Positions 27,352-35,883 of a stretch of DNA of 64,000 nt are shown piece after piece; position 1 is the first letter of the stretch, and every line of letters starts with the position of its first letter. The DNA lies in the IMG/VR virus record IMGVR_UViG_3300032319_001025, positions 32,001 to 96,000 of that record; one strand, given 5' to 3'. The translations under genes and the position numbers were made by a program. Origin of the DNA: a virus. Lineage: Duplodnaviria; Caudoviricetes. The notes beneath the pieces were generated by a model. That model saw only the letters and a list, made by a program, of their open reading frames with translations, ran no database searches and was not told the DNA's origin.

Positions 27352-27993
27352 TTACTCCATTATTGAAATACAGGTTCCTTTATTGCCAAATTTCTTCTTA
27401 AATTCATCAATTTGCTGTTTTGTTGGATTAAAAATTGCAAGAGAACTTGGGAACGGTGCAAAATCTTTAGCCCCTTGAAATTTTAACCTGCCCTTAAAAT
27501 TAAAAATAATTGTAGATTTTGGAAAAATTACTTCTTGCCAAAGTTTTGTTTCTGTTCTAGATGGCACCAAAGCAACAGCGGGTATATTATGTTTCAAACT
27601 TTCATTGGCGACCTTTTCAACTAATTTATAACATATTTTACTGGGAGAATAGGGTGGATTAATGTATAATGCCGATTCTTGTTTAGCATCCCAGTTTTCA
27701 CCCATTTCTTTTGAAACGAATTTTTTGCATAAAGTATCTTTTTTAGTAGCTGCGCAATCTAATGAAAAATTAAAAATTGAATTTAATTCATTAAACAGTT
27801 CAATCGGGGTTCCCCATGAATCATTTTTTTTGGAAAAGTGTATTCTTAGCTTTAGGTTTTTTACAAATGCATCTTTCCAAGTAAAACCGTTTTTTTCTAA
27901 TAAATCAGTAGCTTCCAATAATCTTTTTTTGGCTTCTTCTGGATTAGAAGAGCTAGCAACATTTAAGAGTTCAATAAGTTTAGATGAAAGCAT
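27352..27993 (-). CDS. Phage N6-adenine DNA methyltransferase (Dam-like) with an extra N-terminal helical domain
   Basis: WGTPIELF...FSLDCAA...INPPYS...LVPSRTET...GRLKF...APFPS. Start moved to the ATG at 27993, which has a GGAG RBS. Confidence 0.9.
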   Translation of the reverse strand: MLSSKLIELLNVASSSNPEEAKKRLLEATDLLEKNGFTWKDAFVKNLKLRIHFSKKNDSWGTPIELFNELNSIFNFSLDCAATKKDTLCKKFVSKEMGENWDAKQESALYINPPYSPSKICYKLVEKVANESLKHNIPAVALVPSRTETKLWQEVIFPKSTIIFNFKGRLKFQGAKDFAPFPSSLAIFNPTKQQIDEFKKKFGNKGTCISIME

Positions 27994-27994
27994 T

Positions 27995-28351
27995 TTATCT
28001 CCTATCGCCGCCCCATCTTGGGTTACCCATCCATTTTTCAACATGCAGATCGTCATAATACCAATTTGGCTTAGACATTGCATAGTCTACGTATTTGGTT
28101 AATCCAAGAGATTTAACCACCGATTCAGCCCATTTATGTCCTGCAGCAGACCAAACTATAATAATTTGGCCTTGCCTTTTATGTCTTTTAATCGCCTCTA
28201 CATTAAAATCTATTACGCAAACATCTGTTTTAAAACCATAACAATCTATAACAGCTTTTGTTTTATATTTGCTTTTCTGTTCAGGATCTTGGCTTATTAA
28301 TGTATCGTCAACATCAAAGCATACAACTTTATCAGAATTTATGGTTTTCAT
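27995..28351 (-). CDS. HAD-superfamily phosphatase
   Basis: FDVDDTL (DxDxT); WSAAG; K; YYDD. Confidence 0.8.
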   Translation of the reverse strand: MKTINSDKVVCFDVDDTLISQDPEQKSKYKTKAVIDCYGFKTDVCVIDFNVEAIKRHKRQGQIIIVWSAAGHKWAESVVKSLGLTKYVDYAMSKPNWYYDDLHVEKWMGNPRWGGDRR

Positions 28352-29502
28352 TAGAACACCAAATAAATAAAATCTACTGACAATTCTTTTGCTACGCCAG
28401 AAGAAAGAGATAAATTACCAGATGGTTTATAAATTGGTTTGACATTTTTAATCATTTTTGATGACTTCCTTAAAGGTGGACACAAAGTAACCGTGGCAAA
28501 AATTTTATTATCTTTAATAGATAAAAAGGCATCACCAATTTGTGTATCATCGTTTTTTTCTTTAACATATGGAAAAATTTTAACTGGATTACTAAAAAAT
28601 ACTTTAAAATCGTCTTTTCCCTCAGATGTTTTCTTTCTTCTGATATTGCTTAAATCTAACAAAAGAATCTCAGTTTTTTCTAAATTTGGTTTTTTGCTAG
28701 ATTTGCTTTTTTGTTCACCCTCATTTGAGTTTTCAAAGGTTTCAGCTTGCTTTTGTTTTGTTGCATTTTTAATTAATATATCTCTATTTTTTTCACTTAA
28801 ACTATCAATATGTTTACCAATTAAATCTGTGGCAACTTTTGGAATTAAACCTCTAAAAATTTCTTTAACTTGAGTTTCAGATAAACCGTTTAAATTTGTT
28901 AGAATTAAATTTTGAACGTTTTGATCAAGGCCGTGCAAATGTGAAAGGCAGTATAGAATATCGTATTTATGTTGATTACTTAAATGGTCTAGATACTTTA
29001 TTATTACTTTTTGAACATCAATGTTAGAACCATGATGGACGGTTAAATCTGTCAGTAAATAATATTTGTTTTCTGGATTTAAAGTATAGATATGTTTTCC
29101 AATCAATTCTCTAATTGTTTTTATGTCGCCATGATGAAAAGCAAAATCTCTTAATGTCCAGATTTTGTCTTCTTCGGGAAGTTTGTTTACATATTTATCT
29201 AGTAAATTTAAAGTTTTCGGATCTTCGCCGTAGCTGTCCATTAAACTATCCAAAACGTAACCTCTAGCAACTTCATCAAGTTCTTCTAATCTTTTAATAA
29301 TAACATTTTGAGCTTCTGGTTCATTACCATGCTTTTTAACTAATTCAAAAGTGGATTTTGGATATCTTGAATCTGCAAGATCTAAAGAAACTTGCGATTT
29401 GACTTCTTTAATTTCTTTATTTTCAGAAGGCTTAGCTTTGGGTTTTGATTTTAAACCTAATTTGGACAAAAGCTTTAGAATTTTCATTTTTTTTAACCTC
29501 AT
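28351..29502 (-). CDS. Protein with five 33-aa helical tandem repeats
   Basis: (H/Y)G recurs every 33 aa from residue 58; upstream TTGAAT-17-GATAAT promoter (29509-29537). Confidence 0.7.
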   Translation of the reverse strand: MRLKKMKILKLLSKLGLKSKPKAKPSENKEIKEVKSQVSLDLADSRYPKSTFELVKKHGNEPEAQNVIIKRLEELDEVARGYVLDSLMDSYGEDPKTLNLLDKYVNKLPEEDKIWTLRDFAFHHGDIKTIRELIGKHIYTLNPENKYYLLTDLTVHHGSNIDVQKVIIKYLDHLSNQHKYDILYCLSHLHGLDQNVQNLILTNLNGLSETQVKEIFRGLIPKVATDLIGKHIDSLSEKNRDILIKNATKQKQAETFENSNEGEQKSKSSKKPNLEKTEILLLDLSNIRRKKTSEGKDDFKVFFSNPVKIFPYVKEKNDDTQIGDAFLSIKDNKIFATVTLCPPLRKSSKMIKNVKPIYKPSGNLSLSSGVAKELSVDFIYLVF

Positions 29503-29542
29503 TTTAAAATTATCCCATGAAATAAAAAATAATTCAATATCG

Positions 29543-29911
29543 CTATTTTTTTACGCTAAAACCAGGTTCTATTTTGTTTCCGATTAAATACCGCTCCAGC
29601 GCTGAAAACAAAAGATAATCCCTCATATACTCTTGCGATTCTTTGTCTACACCTTTCTGAAGAAAAATATCGTGCGCTATTGTTCTTATTTTTAAAAAAT
29701 CGTGCCTGTCTAGGCTTTTCTTTGCTGGTTTATCTTTACCGCTATTTTCTAAAGTTAGAATGTAAATCCAATCATTTGTAGAATGATCGTAAAAAGTAAG
29801 AGTATTTAAATTAATTAAAGTGACTTCGCCTTTTTGAGCCATATCCCAATCTTCTTTGCGAAGATCTTTCAGCTTTTTAGTTCTGTTTTTGGCCACTACA
29901 AGATAACTCAT
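29543..29911 (-). CDS. Hypothetical protein
   Basis: 122-aa ORF with GAGG RBS. Confidence 0.6.
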   Translation of the reverse strand: MSYLVVAKNRTKKLKDLRKEDWDMAQKGEVTLINLNTLTFYDHSTNDWIYILTLENSGKDKPAKKSLDRHDFLKIRTIAHDIFLQKGVDKESQEYMRDYLLFSALERYLIGNKIEPGFSVKK

Positions 29912-30042
29912 TTAAACCTCTTTAACCATTTTAGACCATTATCAATTAAAAATTGTTTATATGGTTTGTTGTATTTTTTTGCTGTCTGATAAAGTTTAAA
30001 ATCAGAATATGGCACGTAAATTCTAATTTGTTTTTTAATCAT
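29908..30042 (-). CDS. Possible ribbon-helix-helix DNA-binding protein (44 aa, not in the ORF track)
   Basis: MIKKQIRIYVPYSDFKLYQTAKKYNKPYKQFLIDNGLKWLKRFK; ATGA overlap with the next gene. Confidence 0.45.
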   Translation of the reverse strand: MIKKQIRIYVPYSDFKLYQTAKKYNKPYKQFLIDNGLKWLKRFK

Positions 30043-30198
30043 AACAACAACTTAATTGATTATTTATTAATTTGTTTTATTATAAATCGGTAAATTAAAA
30101 AAATCCATGTTTATTTTTACTTTTATTAGAAAGAAATTTTGTTGAACAATGGTTTAAAAAATGATAATTTATACCCAATACAGATATTGGAGGATTAA

Positions 30199-30624
30199 AT
30201 GGATAAAAACGAAGCAAAATCAAAAGTACGTAATATTAAACGTTATCCTAATCGCAAGCTGTATGATATTGAGCTTTCATCTTATATAACTCTTGATAAA
30301 GTTGAAGAACTTGTAAAACAAGGGTATGATGTTAAAGTTATTAATAATTCTGATCAAAAAGATATTACTGCAGACACTTTAATTCAGTTGATTTTTGAAA
30401 AACAAAAAAAATCTAAAAATACACCCTCAGTTGATACACTGAAAAAAATTATAATGCAGGGGGATGGTGGTTTTGTTAAAGCTGTTTCGGGAGAAGTTAG
30501 CGACAGACAAGCTGCTGTTAGCGCAGAAGCAAGTGCTCGTTCTGCTGCTGAAGGTGTTTTAACTTCTGCTGTTTCGGGGGAACTACGCGTAAAACAAGAC
30601 ATTTTTAATATGGATGAGTTTTAA
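30199..30624 (+). CDS. PhaR-like (PHA synthesis regulator) N-terminal DNA-binding domain protein
   Basis: IKRYPNRKLYD...SSYITL..VEELVKQG.DVKV...DIT..TL.Q; GGAGG RBS. Confidence 0.85.
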   Translation: MDKNEAKSKVRNIKRYPNRKLYDIELSSYITLDKVEELVKQGYDVKVINNSDQKDITADTLIQLIFEKQKKSKNTPSVDTLKKIIMQGDGGFVKAVSGEVSDRQAAVSAEASARSAAEGVLTSAVSGELRVKQDIFNMDEF

Positions 30625-30871
30625 TATGTACAGAGTATACATGGCTGGTAAAAATCAATTTTCATTAATTGATACAAAAGAAAACGAATATTTATTAAAA
30701 AGCGTTAGTTTCAATGATTTGTATAAATATTTGTATATTACAAAATCTTTTTCAAAGGATGAATTAATTAAGGGTTTTGATGGTTTACTGGATAATAGTC
30801 ATAATACCATAGAATTTGGAAATATGGGTACATTTTTGTACACAAAATTTACAGATTTTTACGACGTATGA
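30614..30871 (+). CDS. Hypothetical protein
   Basis: 85-aa ORF coupled to the PhaR-like gene. Confidence 0.55.
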   Translation: MSFNMYRVYMAGKNQFSLIDTKENEYLLKSVSFNDLYKYLYITKSFSKDELIKGFDGLLDNSHNTIEFGNMGTFLYTKFTDFYDV

Positions 30872-30879
30872 CTTAATCT
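30871..30879 (+). promoter_or_regulatory. Candidate late promoter motif ACTTAATCT
   Basis: Upstream of the holin candidate ATG at 30906. Confidence 0.6.
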
Positions 30880-30905
30880 TTTATGGGTATTATTTTTGTG
30901 CCCAT

Positions 30906-31514
30906 ATGAAACTAGATTTATCAAGCTTAAGAACGCTATCTGAGACTTTTTCTTTTACTATACTTTTGCTTTTTATGATTTATGAAAAAGTAAAAGACCG
31001 CATAAAAGTCAAAGAATACAATAACCTAACCCTTTTTCTTAAAAAAAACGAACAAATTCAAGAAAAATTAACAGAGGTTAGGGTTGTTTTAGGAGCCGAC
31101 AGGGTTAAGCTTTTTCAGTTTCATAACGGTGACCATTATATTAATGGAGATTCTGCGTTAAAATGCTCTATAACGCATTTATCGCTAAAGGCAGGGGTAT
31201 CATACCCCCAAAACGCTTTATCGTGCTACAGTAACATTATAATCAGTAGTTTAGCCCAATATATACCACCTGTAATCAAAGATAACGACTTTTTTAGTAA
31301 AGTTGATGATTTGCAAGACGATGACTGGAAAAAAATTAAAGCTTTAAACGGAACAAAGACAGTTTTAATAAAGCGTGTAGGTTCTGAACCACATATCGGT
31401 GGATTTGTAATGATTACTTGGCATGACGAAGTTAGCAAGCCAAATTCCGAACAAATTCATGTAATTGAAAAAACTTTAGATTCTTTATCGTTGATTTTAA
31501 GATCTAGAAAGTAG
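30906..31514 (+). CDS. Putative holin: one N-terminal TM + GAF-like domain (T4 T-like architecture)
   Basis: TM FSFTILLLFMIY followed by LGADRVKLFQFHNG. Start moved to 30906, downstream of the late motif at 30871. Confidence 0.55.
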   Translation: MKLDLSSLRTLSETFSFTILLLFMIYEKVKDRIKVKEYNNLTLFLKKNEQIQEKLTEVRVVLGADRVKLFQFHNGDHYINGDSALKCSITHLSLKAGVSYPQNALSCYSNIIISSLAQYIPPVIKDNDFFSKVDDLQDDDWKKIKALNGTKTVLIKRVGSEPHIGGFVMITWHDEVSKPNSEQIHVIEKTLDSLSLILRSRK

Positions 31515-31520
31515 GTAAAA

Positions 31521-31751
31521 ATGTTACCAATTTTTAAATGCAGAAGGTCTATGGTAGCTATCTTTGCTATAGCGTGCCTGTTTACTTTGGGTTTTTTTAA
31601 AGGTGTCATGGTTGCGGAAGCTATAGCTACTGTAGCTTTAGGTGTTGCTGGAGCAAATTCAGCGGAAGGTATCTTTAGTAAAAAGCCTAATCAAGAAAAA
31701 GAAGTTAAAAAGCTTGCTGAAGAAAACCAAAAACCAACTAAAAAATCTTAG
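31521..31751 (+). CDS. Small two-TM protein (possible holin or lysis accessory)
   Basis: Two hydrophobic helices and a charged C-terminus; follows the GAF holin candidate. Confidence 0.45.
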   Translation: MLPIFKCRRSMVAIFAIACLFTLGFFKGVMVAEAIATVALGVAGANSAEGIFSKKPNQEKEVKKLAEENQKPTKKS

Positions 31752-32194
31752 TTTTTAGCCTTTGCCTTTTTCTTTTTCCTGCTAATCTTTTCCTGACTGA
31801 CTTCTTCTTGTTTTGAAAATTCTTTATTTAAAACAATAACTTTATTAAAGTCTTGCTCAACTTGTCTTACAGATACGGTTTCATAAGCATGCAGTTCTAC
31901 TATTGGTATTTCTGGTTGAATTTCAAGTGCTTGCGAGTTAGTGTTAAAAACATATATAACTATAGCTTCATCTTTAAAATAAACGCCAGAAAGAACAAGC
32001 CCAGAAGATACCATGCTCTCGCATAATTGTGCGTGCCAATTAATTTGGCCGCCAGCCATTACAAGAATAGGATTGTCAATGGTAATTTTATGAAGTCCAG
32101 ACTTCACTATTAATTTTTTGTCAAACGAAAGACTAAAATTACTAAAAACATCCTTATCTATTCTTTTTGTTTTTTTAACAATAACCTGCCGCAT
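31748..32194 (-). CDS. Hypothetical protein, possibly a degenerate dUTPase-like fold
   Basis: SGLVLSGVY...IVIYVFN.....LEI....PIVEL resembles the dUTPase C-terminal half; catalytic motifs are absent. Confidence 0.3.
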   Translation of the reverse strand: MRQVIVKKTKRIDKDVFSNFSLSFDKKLIVKSGLHKITIDNPILVMAGGQINWHAQLCESMVSSGLVLSGVYFKDEAIVIYVFNTNSQALEIQPEIPIVELHAYETVSVRQVEQDFNKVIVLNKEFSKQEEVSQEKISRKKKKAKAKN

Positions 32195-32195
32195 T

Positions 32196-32636
32196 TTATC
32201 CTACTTTCAATGCCTTGGAAATTTCATCTGCGGAATATAAATGCATTTTAGATTCACTAAGTAAACTTTTTAATTGTGGAAAAAACTCTTCTATCAATTG
32301 CACATCTTCTGAGTCTAAACCGTAATTTCTTCCACCTTCGTAAGTATGAAGTGCTTCTAACATAAAGTTAATTCCGTGATCGGTAAAATAAAACAATTTG
32401 CTTTTAGCTCTTTCAACTGTTGTATAAGTTGGCAAAGGTCCAGACAATTCTTCGAAAGAATTAAAAAGTCTAGTAAAATCTTTATATTTTAATTCGAGTT
32501 TTACTGTATCAGGATCGCTAGCTATTTTATTCATTATTTCTTTAGTTTTATACTTAACCATGTTTTTAAGCAATAGTTTCAAAACTAATTGTTCATGAGG
32601 AATTAATGAAGCTACATGATATTTTTTGTCTGACAC
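32196..32636 (-). CDS. Hypothetical protein
   Basis: 146-aa ORF with GTG start and GAGG RBS. Confidence 0.6.
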   Translation of the reverse strand: MSDKKYHVASLIPHEQLVLKLLLKNMVKYKTKEIMNKIASDPDTVKLELKYKDFTRLFNSFEELSGPLPTYTTVERAKSKLFYFTDHGINFMLEALHTYEGGRNYGLDSEDVQLIEEFFPQLKSLLSESKMHLYSADEISKALKVG

Positions 32637-32808
32637 TTGAACCTCGTATTTTTACTTATTATTAATAAATATACCAAAAAAGTCAACAGTTACAAAAATT
32701 TACACAATAAAAATATTATTGTATTATATATAAGATTATGATAGAATATACACTGTTGTACAAATATTTAATAAAAACAATAACTTAGGGTTTTTAAAAA
32801 GGCTAGAA

Positions 32809-33003
32809 ATGAAAATTTTAAATTTAAGAATTTTATTAGCATTTTTAAGCGCTGGTTACGCAGTTGCTGGTTTGGGCGTTTTTTTAACTTCTTTAATTTA
32901 TATGGATTTTAAGATAAGTATTGCAACTTTAGCAGCTTTGTTAATTTATGCGTTTTTTGTAAACGATACCATTAGGCTTTACAAAGAAAGCCAAAAACAG
33001 TAG
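32809..33003 (+). CDS. Small two-TM membrane protein
   Basis: Two hydrophobic helices. Confidence 0.55.
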   Translation: MKILNLRILLAFLSAGYAVAGLGVFLTSLIYMDFKISIATLAALLIYAFFVNDTIRLYKESQKQ

Positions 33004-33028
33004 TATATTAGCATAATAAGGAGATATC

Positions 33029-33421
33029 ATGGAAAAGTTTGTCCAGTTTAGCGTTTCTGAAAAAGGTGAAAATAGCGGCAGAGATTATTCTGGAGTTTTT
33101 AAAGTTAAAACTCTTTTAACAAGATCTGATATGTTTTTGTCCGACCAAAGACGCAGGGATATTTTAGGACCCAACGGAGAAACAGCTTTAGATGCTTTGA
33201 AAGCAGAAGCATTCATGCTAGGTCAGTTATATGTAAGAATCGTCGAGGCCCCCAAATTTTGGAGCGAATCAAATTTTGGACTAGAGCTAGAGGACGTGAA
33301 CGTTATTAGTGCATTATTTAGCAAGTGCATGGAAATTGAAAATGAAAGAAAAACTGGTTTGTCAAAAAAAGCTGATGATGCTAAACAATCTTTAATTAAA
33401 AAAGATGAAACAAAAGAATAA
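33029..33421 (+). CDS. Putative tail assembly chaperone
   Basis: Two genes upstream of the tape measure; LYVRIVEAPKFW; AAGGAG RBS. Confidence 0.6.
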   Translation: MEKFVQFSVSEKGENSGRDYSGVFKVKTLLTRSDMFLSDQRRRDILGPNGETALDALKAEAFMLGQLYVRIVEAPKFWSESNFGLELEDVNVISALFSKCMEIENERKTGLSKKADDAKQSLIKKDETKE

Positions 33422-33427
33422 TGAAAA

Positions 33428-33865
33428 GTGGATTCAAAAACTTTAAAAGCTATTCAAATATTGGCTATTAACGCCATTGAAAACCCTTCATATGAAGACC
33501 AGTTTAGATTTATTTGTAGATGGTTTTCGAAAACATTTTCTATACCATTAAACAAAGTAGACGAGTTCCTTGAAGAAGAAATATTACAAGCCTGGTTCGA
33601 AGAGCGTTTTAAGGAGATGCTGGATAGTGGCGATGATGAGCAGCGCAAAGCTTATGAAGAAATAAGGCAAAATATTTTATACGAAGAAGAACTAAAAACT
33701 GCAGAAGATGAGGACGAAGAGTGGGTAAAAGAAATGCAGCGTCAAGTTGAAGAAGATCAAAAAAAGCAACAATCTCAAAGCCTTCCTGAAGAACTTAATC
33801 TATTAGACATACCAGAACAAGGCGATTTAAGCGATTTGTCATTTATTGATGACATTGAAAGCTAA
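33428..33865 (+). CDS. Putative second tail assembly chaperone (acidic)
   Basis: RWFSKTFSIPL motif; immediately upstream of the tape measure. Confidence 0.5.
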   Translation: MDSKTLKAIQILAINAIENPSYEDQFRFICRWFSKTFSIPLNKVDEFLEEEILQAWFEERFKEMLDSGDDEQRKAYEEIRQNILYEEELKTAEDEDEEWVKEMQRQVEEDQKKQQSQSLPEELNLLDIPEQGDLSDLSFIDDIES

Positions 33866-33888
33866 TAGTCTATTAATTTTAATTACTT

Positions 33889-35883
33889 ATGCCTAATGAA
33901 CATAGTATAATTATTAATCTAACTCTTGATGCGCAAAAATCTCAAGAAGTTTTAAAAACTTTTAAAGAGTTTAATGATAGTTTTAAAGGTTTAAGCATAT
34001 CTTTAGATGAGCTTGACAAAAAAGGTCTAAACACGTTTGACAAGCTTTTAAATATTCTAAGTTCTTCCAGAACAGGCGACGCAACTAAAAAAGTTCAAGA
34101 ATTAAGTAGTGCATTAAAAGATCTTTTTGTTTCTGCTGGTGGCATAGCAGGTGTAAGCGGCGCAGATGGTGAGCAAAGAGAGGACAAGGACAAGGACAAG
34201 GACAAGGACAAGGACAAGGACAAGGACAAGGACAGCCAAGGGTCTGCAAAAGGTGGTCCAAATCAATTTCCAGGCGGAATGTCATCTTTACTAAGGATGA
34301 TGGGATTAGGTCCTGTTTCGGGTATGATGCTTGGTGGCGCTGCAGCAATGGCTGCCGCTCCAATGTTAATAAGTCAAACATCTGGACTTGTAAATTATTA
34401 TAGAACTATAGAATCTATTGTAACGGCTGGATCCCAAGACGTTCTAAGAAGACCTTATAGAGAGGCAATATCTGGAGATATAACTTTAGAACTATTAAGA
34501 AGCTCTAAAGTAGGAATTGGCACTGAAAGAGCCAAAATTTTAGAAGACATTAAAATGGGTCAAGGCGACCTTACAAAACAATATAATGAAGCTTTTCAAG
34601 CCGCAATAACTCAAGGATCGCCATTAGCTGCATTTCAAGCCATGTTTAATATACGTGGCGATGCATTAATGAATGCATTAGTTGGATATGCAAGACAGGG
34701 GCAAGAAATTGATGTAGCAAGATACGGTGAAGCAGGAAGATACGCTGGAATGGAACAAGCTCTTTACCAACCTTTTAACAGAACTTTTCAGCTTTATGGA
34801 TACGGAGCAACAAAAAATATTTTAAGGGCTTTCCAAGGAGCTGGAAGAACTCAAGAAGAAGTTTTGGCTGCTCAACAATACGCTGCAGCAGCTGGATTAG
34901 GAATTACAGGAATTAACGTTGAAAATACAGCGCTGGCTAGAAGGTTTGGATTTTCTGGTACAGCCGAACAAGCAGTTGCAATGTTTGGAGACCCTAGAAC
35001 TACAGGAACAAGAAACGCTTTGTTTGGCGCAATTAATATGATGATGGGAGGACCAGTAGGCGCGCCTGGAACAGAGCTTTTTTCTGATTTGGCTGCTCAA
35101 AGAATGATGCAGTTTTTACCGTATGGAAACGTTCAAGTATCTCAAGCTTTAGCACCTCTTACCGCTGCTGCTGGATATTTAGAAACGTCAGGTCTTACGC
35201 CAGGCCAGCAAGCTGCTCAACAACAAAGAGTATCTGGATATCTTGAATCTCAAACTCAAAAAGGCGGAGTTGCTGATATAGCTGGCGTTAAAACTTTATT
35301 TAATTTAGGTATTAAAAATCAAGCTCAAGCAGAATATGTATTAGATCTTTTTAGAAAAGGAAGATCAAGCGATGCTATTAAATATTTGAAAAATTTAGGT
35401 ATTACTACAACAGTCGAAGAATTAAGAGAAAGCGAAGCTGAAATACTGAAGCCTCTTGTAAGATCCGCTTACGCTCCTTATGGAGATACATCAAAAATGA
35501 CTGTATCGCCTCTTACCTTTGCGACAGTAAAAGGAGGGGCTACAGCTGAAAGAGAAGCTGAAGCAATATCAGCTGCAACTTTTGGAATTGAAACTCCAGA
35601 AACCGCTGCGGTAGCTGGTAGAGCAATTGCCCCAGGCACAGAAGTTGGTATGGCGGCTTTTAAGCAAGTAATGGATGCTGTTAAATTAGCGGATCAAAGA
35701 GGAATTAATGTTGTTCAGTTTTTGGTAAACGCTTACGCTACAATGTCAAAAGAGCTAAGCTCTCAACTTGAAACTTTACCAAGCGGATCGCCTAAAAATT
35801 TTAGCGGAACAAATCAAAAACAGCTATTACCAAAGGGCGCATCTAAAGGTTCTGAAGATATTTTGCAAAAACGTGGTAAATAA
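33889..35883 (+). CDS. Tape measure protein
   Basis: Ala/Gly/Gln-rich helical protein between the chaperones and the baseplate hub. Confidence 0.7.
   Translation: MPNEHSIIINLTLDAQKSQEVLKTFKEFNDSFKGLSISLDELDKKGLNTFDKLLNILSSSRTGDATKKVQELSSALKDLFVSAGGIAGVSGADGEQREDKDKDKDKDKDKDKDKDSQGSAKGGPNQFPGGMSSLLRMMGLGPVSGMMLGGAAAMAAAPMLISQTSGLVNYYRTIESIVTAGSQDVLRRPYREAISGDITLELLRSSKVGIGTERAKILEDIKMGQGDLTKQYNEAFQAAITQGSPLAAFQAMFNIRGDALMNALVGYARQGQEIDVARYGEAGRYAGMEQALYQPFNRTFQLYGYGATKNILRAFQGAGRTQEEVLAAQQYAAAAGLGITGINVENTALARRFGFSGTAEQAVAMFGDPRTTGTRNALFGAINMMMGGPVGAPGTELFSDLAAQRMMQFLPYGNVQVSQALAPLTAAAGYLETSGLTPGQQAAQQQRVSGYLESQTQKGGVADIAGVKTLFNLGIKNQAQAEYVLDLFRKGRSSDAIKYLKNLGITTTVEELRESEAEILKPLVRSAYAPYGDTSKMTVSPLTFATVKGGATAEREAEAISAATFGIETPETAAVAGRAIAPGTEVGMAAFKQVMDAVKLADQRGINVVQFLVNAYATMSKELSSQLETLPSGSPKNFSGTNQKQLLPKGASKGSEDILQKRGK
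34183..34230 (+). repeat. Perfect hexanucleotide tandem repeat (GACAAG)x8 encoding (DK)8
   Basis: Read directly from the sequence. Confidence 0.97.

Noticed and set aside
28837-29331. TALE-like DNA-binding repeats (33-34 aa, HG motif)
   Set aside because: The units are too divergent and lack the LTPxQVVAIAS-xx-GG spacing.
30816-30905. N-terminal extension of the holin candidate as given in the ORF track
   Set aside because: It overlaps the upstream gene and contains the late promoter motif; the ATG at 30906 is the more plausible start.
33029-33865. Programmed -1 frameshift joining the two tail chaperone genes (AAAAAAG runs are present)
   Set aside because: Both ORFs are in the same frame, separated by TAA TGA, so a -1 shift would not fuse them and double readthrough is unlikely.
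34085-34381. Minus-strand ORF with CPCPCP repeats (metallothionein-like)
   Set aside because: It is the antisense reading of the (GACAAG)8 repeat inside the tape measure gene.
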